64,000 nucleotides of DNA from an uncultured Erythrobacter sp. Lineage in GTDB: Bacteria > Pseudomonadota > Alphaproteobacteria > Sphingomonadales > Sphingomonadaceae. The stretch is taken from assembly GCF_947497915.1 (NCBI RefSeq), contig NZ_CANMIJ010000001.1, positions 925,611-989,610 on the forward strand, written 5' to 3'. Of the stretch, positions 46,480 through 55,842 are shown in pieces. Position numbers and translations under genes: made by a program. Below the pieces are notes generated by a model that saw nothing but the letters and a program-made list of their open reading frames with translations, did not search any database and was not told the origin of the DNA. Position 1 is the first letter of the stretch; each line of letters opens with the position of its first letter.

Positions 46480-46504
46480 GGAACCAATTGCTTGCCTGTG
46501 CGTT
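46480..46504 (+). promoter_or_regulatory. Second, divergent EcfG-type promoter
   Basis: GGAAC-CAATTGCTTGCCTGTG(16)-CGTT, a perfect consensus pointing into the 3' end of the minus-strand SDR gene. Confidence 0.6.
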
Positions 46505-46516
46505 ACGGGTTGATTG

Positions 46517-47290
46517 CTAACTAATACTAAGCCCGCCATCGACGGGCAGGCATTGCCCGGTGATATAATCGCTGTGCGGTGAGGCAAGAAAGACAGCGAG
46601 CCCTTCCAGTCCGGAATGATCGCCGAACCGGCGCAGCGGGATGCGCTTCTCAATCCATTCTGTAAATCTCGGGTCGGCCTTTGCGGTGATTTCTGTCTCG
46701 TAAAATCCGAACAACAGAGCGTTGGAGGTAATCTGATGCGGTGCCAGTTCAAATGCTGCGCCTCGCGTCAGGGCGGTGACGGCTGCTTTGGATGCTGCGT
46801 AGTCGCTCGATCGGTTTACGCCCATTATCGCCTGAGCGGAGGAGGTCACGATCAGTTTTCCTCCCGCATCGCCAGTTTTCGCGCGCTCGATCATGTGGCG
46901 GGTCACGTGTTTGTAAGTGAGGGCGGGGCCGCGCGCATTCACGGCCATTGTGTGATCCCACCCTTCCTGCGTAATATCAGGGATTGCAGCACCAGCGCCA
47001 GAAATCCCGGCGTTGGCGAAACAAGCATCGACGCGGGCGAATTTTGCCAAAGTCGCGCCCATTGCATCCTCGATCTGGGTGTCTTCGGATACATCGCATT
47101 GGATCGCGATGGCCTCTGCGACGCCGATAGATTGCAGTTCTCGCAAAGCGGCGGCGTTCTTGTCCTCATTGCGCGCCCAGATTGCGACATTCGCGCCTGC
47201 TTTGATAAGGCCGCGCGCCATGCCTAGGCCAAGGCCGCCATTGCCGCCGGTTATTACCGCAACGCGGCCTGAAAGATTAAACAGTTCCAT
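46517..47290 (-). CDS. Short-chain dehydrogenase/reductase
   Basis: ITGGNGGLGLG, ANAGI, YAASK motifs. ATG 47290 (MELFNLSGRV). Confidence 0.93.
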   Translation of the reverse strand: MELFNLSGRVAVITGGNGGLGLGMARGLIKAGANVAIWARNEDKNAAALRELQSIGVAEAIAIQCDVSEDTQIEDAMGATLAKFARVDACFANAGISGAGAAIPDITQEGWDHTMAVNARGPALTYKHVTRHMIERAKTGDAGGKLIVTSSAQAIMGVNRSSDYAASKAAVTALTRGAAFELAPHQITSNALLFGFYETEITAKADPRFTEWIEKRIPLRRFGDHSGLEGLAVFLASPHSDYITGQCLPVDGGLSIS

Positions 47291-47366
47291 GGGGCATTGG
47301 TGGCGCAAAGCGCGCTGTGCCGCAAGCACGCGGGAACCGGAGGCGCTGTCTGACGATTGGGCTGGC

Positions 47367-47822
47367 ATGGACAGATCAACCTCACTCACACCTGCATCGC
47401 GCTGGCTCGGCTATGCCGGGTTGCTGCCGCAAATCATCTGCCTCTCATTGGCGGCGGTGCAGCATGAATATGCCTATACGGCGCTATCAGGCGGGTTCGC
47501 CTATGCCGCTGCGATATTCAGCTTTCTCGGCGGAGTTTGGTGGGGACAGGCGATCGCGAGCGGTAAGGCCGGTGCCGGTTCCTATCTGATCGCGGTCATG
47601 CCCAGCCTGATCGCGGTTGCGCTGTTCCTGCCTTGGAGTTTCGGGTGGGAATGGCCGGGGCCTGCGCTGATGTATCTCGGCGCATTCATCCTCGTATCTC
47701 CGCTGGTGGACCGTGAGCTTGGCCTAGCCACACCGGATTTCATGCGGCTACGCATTCACCTGTCTGTCGGACTTGGTATTCTGACAATCGCACTCGGATT
47801 TGTCGCCGAGGCTATTGTTTGA
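47367..47822 (+). CDS. DUF3429 family membrane protein
   Basis: LGYAGLLP, YAAAIFSFLGGVWWG and MRLRIHLS motifs. Confidence 0.85.
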   Translation: MDRSTSLTPASRWLGYAGLLPQIICLSLAAVQHEYAYTALSGGFAYAAAIFSFLGGVWWGQAIASGKAGAGSYLIAVMPSLIAVALFLPWSFGWEWPGPALMYLGAFILVSPLVDRELGLATPDFMRLRIHLSVGLGILTIALGFVAEAIV

Positions 47823-47834
47823 TCATTCATTATC

Positions 47835-47874
47835 AGAAATTGGGCGCACCGAACCAAACGATGCGCCCGTTTCT
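47835..47874. terminator. Hairpin between convergent genes
   Basis: AGAAATTGGGCGCA...TGCGCCCGTTTCT imperfect inverted repeat. Confidence 0.55.
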
Positions 47875-47880
47875 GAAGGG

Positions 47881-48504
47881 TTAGAACTTGCCCAGCAACG
47901 TTAGAACGCCCTGATGACGAGATAACGTTACGTCGTCGGTCAGACCTAAGCCAGCCGTGTCGACATCGCCGTAGTTTGAATACCGATACTCAAGGCGCAC
48001 AGCGAATTCGCCGCCCAAGTCGATTTCTCCGCCAGCGCCAATACGAAATCCGCCGCGATCGACGCTGTCTGAAACGACAGCGATCCCGTCATCATATTCG
48101 CCTTCGACCGAGGCGTTGGTGTAGCCCACCTTGGCGTATAGCAATCCGTTTGGTCCGGTGCGCATGCCAGCGCGCAGGCCTACATAGATGTCTCGTCCCG
48201 CATTCACCGAGGCACGGTCGCCGGCGACAAGGACATCATCGAAATCAAACCCGATGCTGGAGTCGGTAAATTCTGCCTCTACGCCCAGCACCATTCCGCT
48301 TTCAAATTCGAAGTCATACCCGATTACCGCGCCGACAAGCAGGTCTTCGCTGCTGCCGGATACGCCGCCGGATTCGGCTTCGATACTATCAACACCGATC
48401 ACCGCGCCGACAACGAACTTGCCGCCCGATGTGTCGTCCTGCGCCAGAACCGGGGCACTGGAAAGCGCCATTGCAGCGCCGCAGATCAAAGTCAGTTTTT
48501 TCAT
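47881..48504 (-). CDS. Outer-membrane beta-barrel protein (OmpA-like transmembrane domain)
   Basis: Signal peptide ...PVLA|Q, alternating beta-strands (GYDF, GVEAE, LYAKVGY, RLEYRYSNY) and C-terminal Phe. Confidence 0.88.
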   Translation of the reverse strand: MKKLTLICGAAMALSSAPVLAQDDTSGGKFVVGAVIGVDSIEAESGGVSGSSEDLLVGAVIGYDFEFESGMVLGVEAEFTDSSIGFDFDDVLVAGDRASVNAGRDIYVGLRAGMRTGPNGLLYAKVGYTNASVEGEYDDGIAVVSDSVDRGGFRIGAGGEIDLGGEFAVRLEYRYSNYGDVDTAGLGLTDDVTLSRHQGVLTLLGKF

Positions 48505-48702
48505 TATATTTCCTACCTTTACCGTTGGGGGTGTGGGAAATGGCAGGCATAGTTTGCAATGAAGCGATCACGGTATCCGGTACAATACTTACGTGGGGTG
48601 CATCGCGGCTTCGACGATTGCGCTAACGAAGATGTGTAAGATGCAGTCGCTATCGGCGTGCGCGGGGTGGCAAGCGGCCAAATGCCTCCTATAGCTTTGC
48701 CT

Positions 48703-49644
48703 ATGGCCAGCGCAGCGATTCACAGCATTCATCCCGAACACCAATATCTCAATCTGATGCGTCAGATTTGGGAAAGCGGCAGCCAGCGCGAAGACCGCAC
48801 GGGTATCGGTACTCGCTCAATTGCGGGCGCGATGCTGCGGTATGATCTGGCAGATGGCGCGATGCCTTTGCTGACAACCAAGCGGGTTTACTGGAAAACT
48901 GCGACGCGCGAGATGCTGTGGTTCCTGACGGGTGAGACGAACATCCGCCCGCTGGTGCTGCAAGGCGTCAAAATCTGGAACGAATGGCCGCACGACCGCT
49001 ACGTCAAAGAAAGCGGCGAGGATGTCTCCCTCGAAGAGTTCGTCCAGCGTATCGCCGATGATGAGGATTTCGCGACCCGCTGGGGCGATCTTGGCCCTGT
49101 CTATGGCAAGCAATGGGTCGATTGGCCGACCTACCGCTATCGCAAAGATGGCCTGTATGAGCGCGGCAAGGGTATCAATCAGGTTGCCGATCTGATCGAT
49201 AGCCTAACGAACAATCCGGGCAGTCGCCGTCACATTCTGGAAGGTTGGAACGTCGCCGAGCTTGACCAGATGGCTTTGCCGCCGTGTCATAAGACGTATC
49301 AATTCCATGTCGCAGGGGGCCGCCTCAACTGCATGCTGTATCAGCGCAGCTGCGATGTGGCGCTGGGCCTGCCGTTCAACCTGTGGTCGGCTGCTTTGCT
49401 TCAGCGGATGATCGCGCAGCAAGTCGGGCTAGAGCCGGGCGAACTGGTGTGGATGGGCGGTGACGTTCACCTCTATATGAACCACGAACATTTGATCACA
49501 GAGCAACTGACTCGTGAGCCGTCCGGTGCGCCGACTCTTGAAATCACCCGAAAGCCTGAAACAATTTTCGACTACAAAATTGAGGATTTCGTGGTGCATG
49601 ATTACGCGCCGCAGGCCCCAATCAAGGCACCTGTTGCGGTTTGA
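48703..49644 (+). CDS. thyA: Thymidylate synthase
   Basis: EDRTGIGT, PLLTTKRV, GDLGPVYGKQW, ALPPCH, LYQRSCDVALGLPFN and GDVHLY motifs. Start uncertain. Confidence 0.97.
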   Translation: MASAAIHSIHPEHQYLNLMRQIWESGSQREDRTGIGTRSIAGAMLRYDLADGAMPLLTTKRVYWKTATREMLWFLTGETNIRPLVLQGVKIWNEWPHDRYVKESGEDVSLEEFVQRIADDEDFATRWGDLGPVYGKQWVDWPTYRYRKDGLYERGKGINQVADLIDSLTNNPGSRRHILEGWNVAELDQMALPPCHKTYQFHVAGGRLNCMLYQRSCDVALGLPFNLWSAALLQRMIAQQVGLEPGELVWMGGDVHLYMNHEHLITEQLTREPSGAPTLEITRKPETIFDYKIEDFVVHDYAPQAPIKAPVAV

Positions 49645-49753
49645 TCCGCGCCGCTTGACCGCAGTAAAAGCCTGACATACCCGACCTCTCAGATGCACGG
49701 GGGAGCGCTGCCTTCCCGCCGTGCCCACGGACTATATGTGGGAGAGCACAGCC

Positions 49754-51058
49754 ATGGCCGATCAGGCCGATACTACGCCGCAATCCGGAGACAACCGGCC
49801 CGCGCTCGCACTGCACGTGCCAGAGCCGCGCTCGCGTCCCGGCGATCCAGTCAACTTTGCCGATGTTGTTGTCGGCAAGGCAGGCGATCAACCGCGTCCC
49901 GACGAAAGCACCAAGCCGGAAGAGATGAAGGACCTCGCCTATGATCTCGTCCGCGTGCTGGGCGATGATAACAAGGCGCATGGTCCTTGGGATCCGAAGC
50001 TTGATCCCGACACTCTGCGCACAATGCTCGGCCACATGGCTATGGTTCGCGCTTTTGATGAGCGCATGTTCCGCGGTCAACGTCAGGGTAAAACCTCGTT
50101 CTATATGAAATGCACAGGCGAGGAAGCGACCAGCGTCGCGGCCTCCATGGCGCTCGCAAGCGACGACATGGTGTTTCCGTCATACCGCCAGCAGGGCATC
50201 CTGATCGCGCGCGGTTATCCGCTGATCGAAATGATCAACCAGATCTATTCAAACAAGGGCGACAAGCTGCTCGGCCGCCAATTGCCGATCATGTATTCCA
50301 GCCGCGAACACAGCTTTTTCAGCATCTCCGGCAACCTTGCGACGCAAACCCCGCAAGCTGTTGGCTGGGCGATGGCAAGCGCGATCAAAGGCGACAGCCG
50401 GATTGCGGCGACTTGGGTGGGCGAGGGTTCGACCGCTGAGGGCGATTTCCATTCCGCCTGCACATTCGCGACCGTTTATAACGCGCCTGTGATCCTGAAT
50501 GTGATCAACAACCAATGGGCAATCTCGAGCTTCTCCGGCTTTGCGGGCGGTGAACGCACAACCTTTGCTGCGCGTGCGCTGGGATACGGCATTGCCGGTC
50601 TTCGCGTGGACGGCAACGATGCGCTTGCCTGTTTCGCAGCCCAGCAATGGGCCGCCAACCGCGCCCGCGCCAATCAGGGACCAAGCCTGATCGAATACTT
50701 CACCTACCGCGCAGAGGGGCACTCCACATCGGATGATCCGTCTGGTTATCGCAGCGCGCAGGAGCGCGAAGAATGGCCGCTGGGCGATCCGGTTATGCGC
50801 CTGAAAAACCACCTCATCGAAATCGGTGAGTGGGATGAGGAACGCCAAGAGGCGATGGACCTCAAATGCGCCGAGGAAGTGAAAGCGACCACCAAAGAAG
50901 CCGAGAAAAACGGCATCCTTGGCCACGGCATGCATCACCCGTTCCACACCATGTTCGAAGACGTGTTCGAAGAGCTGCCTTGGCATCTCAAAGAACAGGC
51001 CGAACAGGCGACGCGGGAACGGATCACGAAATTCGGTTCGGAAAGGCCATACGAATGA
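49754..51058 (+). CDS. Branched-chain 2-oxoacid dehydrogenase E1 alpha
   Basis: RQGKTSFY, FPSYRQQG, GEGSTAEGDFH...NN (TPP motif) and YRAEGHSTSDDP; GGAGA RBS. Confidence 0.93.
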   Translation: MADQADTTPQSGDNRPALALHVPEPRSRPGDPVNFADVVVGKAGDQPRPDESTKPEEMKDLAYDLVRVLGDDNKAHGPWDPKLDPDTLRTMLGHMAMVRAFDERMFRGQRQGKTSFYMKCTGEEATSVAASMALASDDMVFPSYRQQGILIARGYPLIEMINQIYSNKGDKLLGRQLPIMYSSREHSFFSISGNLATQTPQAVGWAMASAIKGDSRIAATWVGEGSTAEGDFHSACTFATVYNAPVILNVINNQWAISSFSGFAGGERTTFAARALGYGIAGLRVDGNDALACFAAQQWAANRARANQGPSLIEYFTYRAEGHSTSDDPSGYRSAQEREEWPLGDPVMRLKNHLIEIGEWDEERQEAMDLKCAEEVKATTKEAEKNGILGHGMHHPFHTMFEDVFEELPWHLKEQAEQATRERITKFGSERPYE

Positions 51059-52113
51059 GCACCGAAACCAAATCGGACGCGTCAGCAGAGGCAATCGAAG
51101 ACCGCCGGATCAACATGATCGAGGCGATCAACGAAGCGCTCGACATCATGCTTGGCCGCGATGAAAATGTCGTCGTGATGGGCGAGGATGTCGGCTATTT
51201 CGGTGGCGTGTTCCGCTGCACTGCCGGTCTTCAGGAAAAGCACGGCAAAACCCGCGTGTTCGATACGCCAATCAACGAATGCGGCATTATCGGCGCGGCT
51301 GTGGGCATGGGCGCATATGGCCTGCGCCCTGTCCCTGAAATCCAGTTTGCGGATTACATTTATCCCGGCCTCGATCAGTTAATCTCCGAAGCGGCGCGCC
51401 TGCGATACCGCTCAGCCACAGAATATATCGCGCCGATGACCGTGCGTTCGCCCTTTGGCGGCGGCATTTTTGGCGGGCAGACGCACTCTCAGTCTCCCGA
51501 AAGTCTGTTCACGCATGTGGCTGGCCTGAAAACGGTGATCCCCGCGACGCCTTATGATGCGAAGGGGCTTTTGATCTCCTGCATCGAAGACAACGATCCC
51601 GTGATCTTCTTTGAGCCGAAACGTATCTATAACGGCCCGTTCACCGGCTTTTACGACAAGCCTGTCGAGCCGTGGAAGAAGCACAAGGATAGTGTTGTGC
51701 CGGAGGGGTATTACAAGATTCCGCTGGGCAAAGCGCGCCATGTGACAGAGGGCGAGCAGCTGACCATCGTGGCTTACGGTACTATGGTGCATGTGGCCGA
51801 AGCGGTGGCCAAGGCGAAGGGTGTGGAGGCCGATATTCTCGATCTGCGCACGCTCGTGCCGCTCGACATCGAAGCCATTGAAGCATCGGTGAAGAAAACG
51901 GGCCGCTGCCTGATTGTTCACGAAGCCACCCGCACAAGCGGCTTTGGCGCGGAGCTATCGGCGCTGGTGACAGAACGCTGTTTTTATCACCTTGAGGCGC
52001 CAGTTGAGCGCGTCACAGGCTTTGATACACCATATCCGCACAGCCTCGAATGGGCCTATTTCCCTGGCCCGGTTCGCATCGGCGAAGCAATCGATTCAAT
52101 TCTTAAGGACTGA
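51055..52113 (+). CDS. Branched-chain 2-oxoacid dehydrogenase E1 beta
   Basis: GEDVGYFGGVFRCT, FDTPINE, EIQFADY, THSQSPE and FFEPKRIY motifs. Confidence 0.95.
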   Translation: MSTETKSDASAEAIEDRRINMIEAINEALDIMLGRDENVVVMGEDVGYFGGVFRCTAGLQEKHGKTRVFDTPINECGIIGAAVGMGAYGLRPVPEIQFADYIYPGLDQLISEAARLRYRSATEYIAPMTVRSPFGGGIFGGQTHSQSPESLFTHVAGLKTVIPATPYDAKGLLISCIEDNDPVIFFEPKRIYNGPFTGFYDKPVEPWKKHKDSVVPEGYYKIPLGKARHVTEGEQLTIVAYGTMVHVAEAVAKAKGVEADILDLRTLVPLDIEAIEASVKKTGRCLIVHEATRTSGFGAELSALVTERCFYHLEAPVERVTGFDTPYPHSLEWAYFPGPVRIGEAIDSILKD

Positions 52114-52117
52114 CCCA

Positions 52118-53404
52118 ATGGCTAAGTTCACATTCAACATGCCCGACGTGGGCGAGGGCGTTGCCGAAGCCGAGATCGTCGAGTGGATGGTCAAGGTCGG
52201 GGACACTGTGTCCGAAGACCAGCATCTGGTCGACGTGATGACAGACAAAGCGACGATCGACATCGAAAGCCCAGTCGACGGCAAAGTGGTCGAGGTTGCT
52301 GGTGAGGTTGGCGATGTAATCGCGGTCGGTTCAATGTTGCTCGTCGTTGAAGTCGAAGGCGAAGAGGCCGAGGAACCCAAAGCCCAAGCGCCTGCGCCTG
52401 AACCAGCCCCTGCATCTGAGCCAACGGCAGAGACAGCGCCAGAATCTGCGCCGAAGCCAGCCCCCGAGCCCGCAAAGGTCACCGAGCCTGCGCCAATCAC
52501 CGGCGGCAGCGAAGCCGAGGCAGCAGACGCAGCCAAAGTGCTCGCGACCCCCGCTGTGCGCAAACGGGCCCGGGATCTTGGCGTTGATCTTGCCCAGGTG
52601 AAACCGGCCGAGGATGGCCGCGTACGTCACGGCGATCTCGACCAGTATTTGTCTTATAATTCCGGCGGCGGTTTCTCCGCTGCTGGTGCGACCCGCGAAG
52701 ACGAAGCGATCAAGGTGATCGGCCTGCGCAAACGCATCGCGCAGAATATGAGCGCGGCGAAACGCAACATTCCGCATTTCACCTATGTCGAAGAATGTGA
52801 CGTTACCGAGCTGGAGCGGATGCGCACGCAGCTTAACGCGGATCGCGGTGACAAGCCTAAGCTCACTATGCTGCCGCTGCTTATCTCTGCGTTCTGCAAA
52901 CTGATCCCGGACTATCCGATGATCAACGCTCGCTTTGATGACGAAGCAAACGTCGTGACCCGTCATGGCTCTGTCCATATGGGCATGGCGACGCAGACCG
53001 ATACCGGTTTGATGGTGCCAGTGATCAAAGACGCGCAAAGCCGCAATCTGTGGCAGCTTGCGCGAGAAATCGGCCGTCTGGCGGGCGCTGCGCGCGATGG
53101 CTCGGCGAAGTCGGATGAGCTTTCCGGTTCGACGATCACAGTGACATCGCTTGGCCCGCTCGGCGGCGTAGCAACCACTCCTGTCATCAACCGCCCTGAA
53201 GTCGCAATTATCGGCCCGAACCGCATTATCGAGCGTCCGATGTTCGTCACCGGCTCCGATGGTGTGGAGCGAATCGAGAAGCGCAAGCTGATGAATATCT
53301 CGATCAGCTGCGATCACCGCGTCGTTGATGGATTTGATGCAGCTAGCTTTATTCAGGACGTTAAAAAGCTGATCGAAACGCCAGTTTTGCTGCTTGCGGA
53401 TTGA
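52118..53404 (+). CDS. Dihydrolipoamide acyltransferase E2 of the branched-chain complex
   Basis: Lipoyl domain MTDKAT, PAE-rich linker, LATPAVRKRAR E3-binding domain and catalytic DHRVVDG. Confidence 0.95.
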   Translation: MAKFTFNMPDVGEGVAEAEIVEWMVKVGDTVSEDQHLVDVMTDKATIDIESPVDGKVVEVAGEVGDVIAVGSMLLVVEVEGEEAEEPKAQAPAPEPAPASEPTAETAPESAPKPAPEPAKVTEPAPITGGSEAEAADAAKVLATPAVRKRARDLGVDLAQVKPAEDGRVRHGDLDQYLSYNSGGGFSAAGATREDEAIKVIGLRKRIAQNMSAAKRNIPHFTYVEECDVTELERMRTQLNADRGDKPKLTMLPLLISAFCKLIPDYPMINARFDDEANVVTRHGSVHMGMATQTDTGLMVPVIKDAQSRNLWQLAREIGRLAGAARDGSAKSDELSGSTITVTSLGPLGGVATTPVINRPEVAIIGPNRIIERPMFVTGSDGVERIEKRKLMNISISCDHRVVDGFDAASFIQDVKKLIETPVLLLAD

Positions 53405-53442
53405 ATGGAGAAATAAAAGCGCATTTGATGGCTCAACAGCCG

Positions 53443-53471
53443 TTGACAGCTTTCATCGCGGGGCTTAGAGG
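53443..53471 (+). promoter_or_regulatory. Candidate sigma70 promoter of tRNA-Asp
   Basis: TTGACA-N17-TAGAGG followed by a GC-rich discriminator. Confidence 0.55.
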
Positions 53472-53519
53472 CCCTGCTTCCCAAGCGGTGCAAACCACAG
53501 TTTGAACGGTCAAGTTTAA

Positions 53520-53596
<77 letters not shown>

Positions 53597-53664
53597 CTTG
53601 GGAATATCTTACAACTTAGATGATTGCCTGCTCCGGCGCGTTTCGGCGCCTTGGCACACTATTG

Positions 53665-53910
53665 TCAGTCTTCGGGGCTGCTTTGCGGCTCCGGCGCACT
53701 CCAGCTGCCTGTTTCCATCCAGATGAGCAGCGGCTTGAGTGGCAGCAGCCAGATCAGGCCGAGGATCAGGTAGACTATGGTCTGCGCCCAGCCGGGCCAG
53801 CCGCCGATGATGTCAGGTGCATATCGGGCGATAATGATGCCGTAGATCATCAGGAACACAAATAAACCGATAATGCCGACGGGAATGCGCCAGGTGGGTG
53901 TTTCTCTCAT
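53665..53910 (-). CDS. DUF2842 family small membrane protein
   Basis: PTWRIPVG...WAQTIVYLILGLIWLLPL...WMETG; lies downstream of the 5-formyl-THF cyclo-ligase. Confidence 0.8.
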   Translation of the reverse strand: MRETPTWRIPVGIIGLFVFLMIYGIIIARYAPDIIGGWPGWAQTIVYLILGLIWLLPLKPLLIWMETGSWSAPEPQSSPED

Positions 53911-54485
53911 CAATCGGTTCCGTAAATTCGCGTTGGGGTGACAATCGCATCGAGGGCAATGTCGTGCGGCTCTGTTGGCAGGGCATCGCAAAGCTGCGCG
54001 TCCCATGCCAGCCCAACCGCCATCCGGCCCGGATGTTCCGACAGCCAGCGGTCATAGTGGCCGCCGCCTTGGCCCAGCCTGTCTCCATCAGCAGTAAAGC
54101 CGACAAGCGGCACGAACAGCACGTCTGGCAAAATCTCGGCGGCGTCGCCTGCTGGTTGCGCGATATCGAATGGCCCAGGCGTCAGATCGCTTTCGCCGAA
54201 GGGGTCGGCGTGCTCACGGAATGTCATAGGTGCGTCTGCAGCGCTGAAATGGGGCAATGCAAGGGTGTGGCCCGCCTCGTGAAAGAACTTCGCATATCCG
54301 CCTGCAGGCGCCTCCCATGGATTGGCGGAGTAAAGGCCAATCACGGCATCCGCTATTATTTTATTTAGAAGCGGCGCAGGAGGACGATGGAAGAGCAAAG
54401 CGCGTATCGCATCAGGCTGCGCCGCAAGATGCTCACGCCGCGCCTTACGGAGCGATTTTCGGAGGTCTGATTTGGAAAGCGTCAT
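53910..54485 (-). CDS. 5-formyltetrahydrofolate cyclo-ligase
   Basis: KSDLRK, LFVPLVGF...RLGQGGGHYDR and EPHDIALDAIVTP motifs. Confidence 0.93.
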   Translation of the reverse strand: MTLSKSDLRKSLRKARREHLAAQPDAIRALLFHRPPAPLLNKIIADAVIGLYSANPWEAPAGGYAKFFHEAGHTLALPHFSAADAPMTFREHADPFGESDLTPGPFDIAQPAGDAAEILPDVLFVPLVGFTADGDRLGQGGGHYDRWLSEHPGRMAVGLAWDAQLCDALPTEPHDIALDAIVTPTRIYGTD

Positions 54486-54634
54486 CACACCCAAAGTAAG
54501 GCTAGGGCTCTGCACCCGCAAGAGGACGCAACGCGCACCAAGGAAAGAGGCCAAGCGGCTAGAAAGGCCGCAAGGGCGACCGCCCGCCCGCCCGCAGGGA
54601 AGCGAGGAAATCGCTCTTTCAATAAAGCGCGCAA

Positions 54635-54815
54635 ACAAATGAGTGACGGGACCACCATGGGTCGTTGCCAGAGAAATCCACTGACGCGAAAACGTCAGGT
54701 GGGTGCCGTATGCCCAAGCTCCCAGGTTCCATTCCGAAAAATGCAGGGGCCCATAAACTCAGACAGGGACAGCTCCCGATTGGATTGCTTATAGCCTCAG
54801 GGATGTTCAATCGGC
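54635..54815 (-). ncRNA. ssrS: 6S RNA
   Basis: Canonical zapA-ssrS-5-formyl-THF cyclo-ligase position. Minus strand carries GGGAGCTGTCCCTG and CGGCACCCACCT blocks resembling alphaproteobacterial 6S. Ends are approximate. Confidence 0.8.
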
Positions 54816-54845
54816 TCGTGCCGGGCAGCCCCGCCGTGCCTAGAC

Positions 54846-55337
54846 TTAGGACGACTGAGCCGTTCCTTCAAGCGCGCTGGCTGTCTCTTCAGCCCGCGCG
54901 GCGAGCGCTTCAAGCTTTTGCACGATGTCATCGCCGACCGACGGAGCGCCAAAAAGGTCATGCTGATGGCTTGCCGCCTCGCGCATTTCTGCAAGAGTGG
55001 CCTTCAATTCGCCAATCTCTTCGCGGGCGCGGGCCTCGGCCTTGGTCAGCGTTTCGATCTCCGACTTAAGCTCGGCCTTTTTTCCGCCGGACTTCGCCTT
55101 TTCGTGTTCGACGTTCTCGGAGGATTTTTTGGCTACCTTACGGGTCTCTGACAATTCATCGGCGAGGAATAAGGCTGCGAACAGCATATTCTGCGCCTCT
55201 TGCGGAGAGCGTGCAGAGCCAAGCTGCGAATATTTCTCGTCAATGATCGCGGCGAGTTTGCGGATGTGGTCTTCTTCCCCGTCGCCGCAGACGAAGGGGT
55301 AGGATTTAGGGCCGATCTTAATGGAGATTTCGCTCAT
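54846..55337 (-). CDS. zapA: Cell division protein ZapA with C-terminal coiled-coil extension
   Basis: IKIGPKSYPFVCGDGEEDHIRKLA...LFAALFLADEL motif. Confidence 0.88.
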   Translation of the reverse strand: MSEISIKIGPKSYPFVCGDGEEDHIRKLAAIIDEKYSQLGSARSPQEAQNMLFAALFLADELSETRKVAKKSSENVEHEKAKSGGKKAELKSEIETLTKAEARAREEIGELKATLAEMREAASHQHDLFGAPSVGDDIVQKLEALAARAEETASALEGTAQSS

Positions 55338-55558
55338 GCTTCGAGATCCTCGATCAAATCGTCGAGTTCGCGCATTGTATCAGCAACGTCCTCGCGCAAT
55401 TTCTCATGCGCATTGACGAGGGCCATTACCTTGGCCGAGCTGCCTGTATCTTCGGCAGATGCCCGCGTAGGCGAGGGGGCATTGGCGCGTGCCTCTGCTA
55501 TCCGCTCCATCGCGGCTTCGATACGCGCTATTGCAGTGACGATCCGGCCTTCGCTCAT
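55334..55558 (-). CDS. Small coiled-coil protein upstream of zapA
   Basis: MSEGRIVTAIARIEAAMERIA...LREDVADTMRELDDLIEDLEA; overlaps the zapA start (ATGA). Confidence 0.75.
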   Translation of the reverse strand: MSEGRIVTAIARIEAAMERIAEARANAPSPTRASAEDTGSSAKVMALVNAHEKLREDVADTMRELDDLIEDLEA

Positions 55559-55842
55559 AAACCATAAATACCAAGAATGCCGAGCCTGCGCAAAGCCTTG
55601 GCGCGGCCTGTTGATAAGTGATCTTGCAGAAAGGCTCATGCCAAGATGCCAGCACGATTGTTCCAGTTCTGGGGAGCAACGCAAAAGAGCGCCTCTCCGC
55701 CGCTTGACCTGCCCCTGACGCTCGGCAATGGCATGCGGACAGATCGAATCGAGCGCGGGCGCGAGACGGGCCGGGGCTTGCGAGAATTGCGCGGCCACAA
55801 TCACAATCCCATCCGCGCGCCAGCAGGAGGCAAAAGACCCGC

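Noticed and set aside
49754-53404. Branched-chain dehydrogenase operon lacking E3
   Set aside because: E3 is commonly shared and encoded elsewhere, so this is ordinary.
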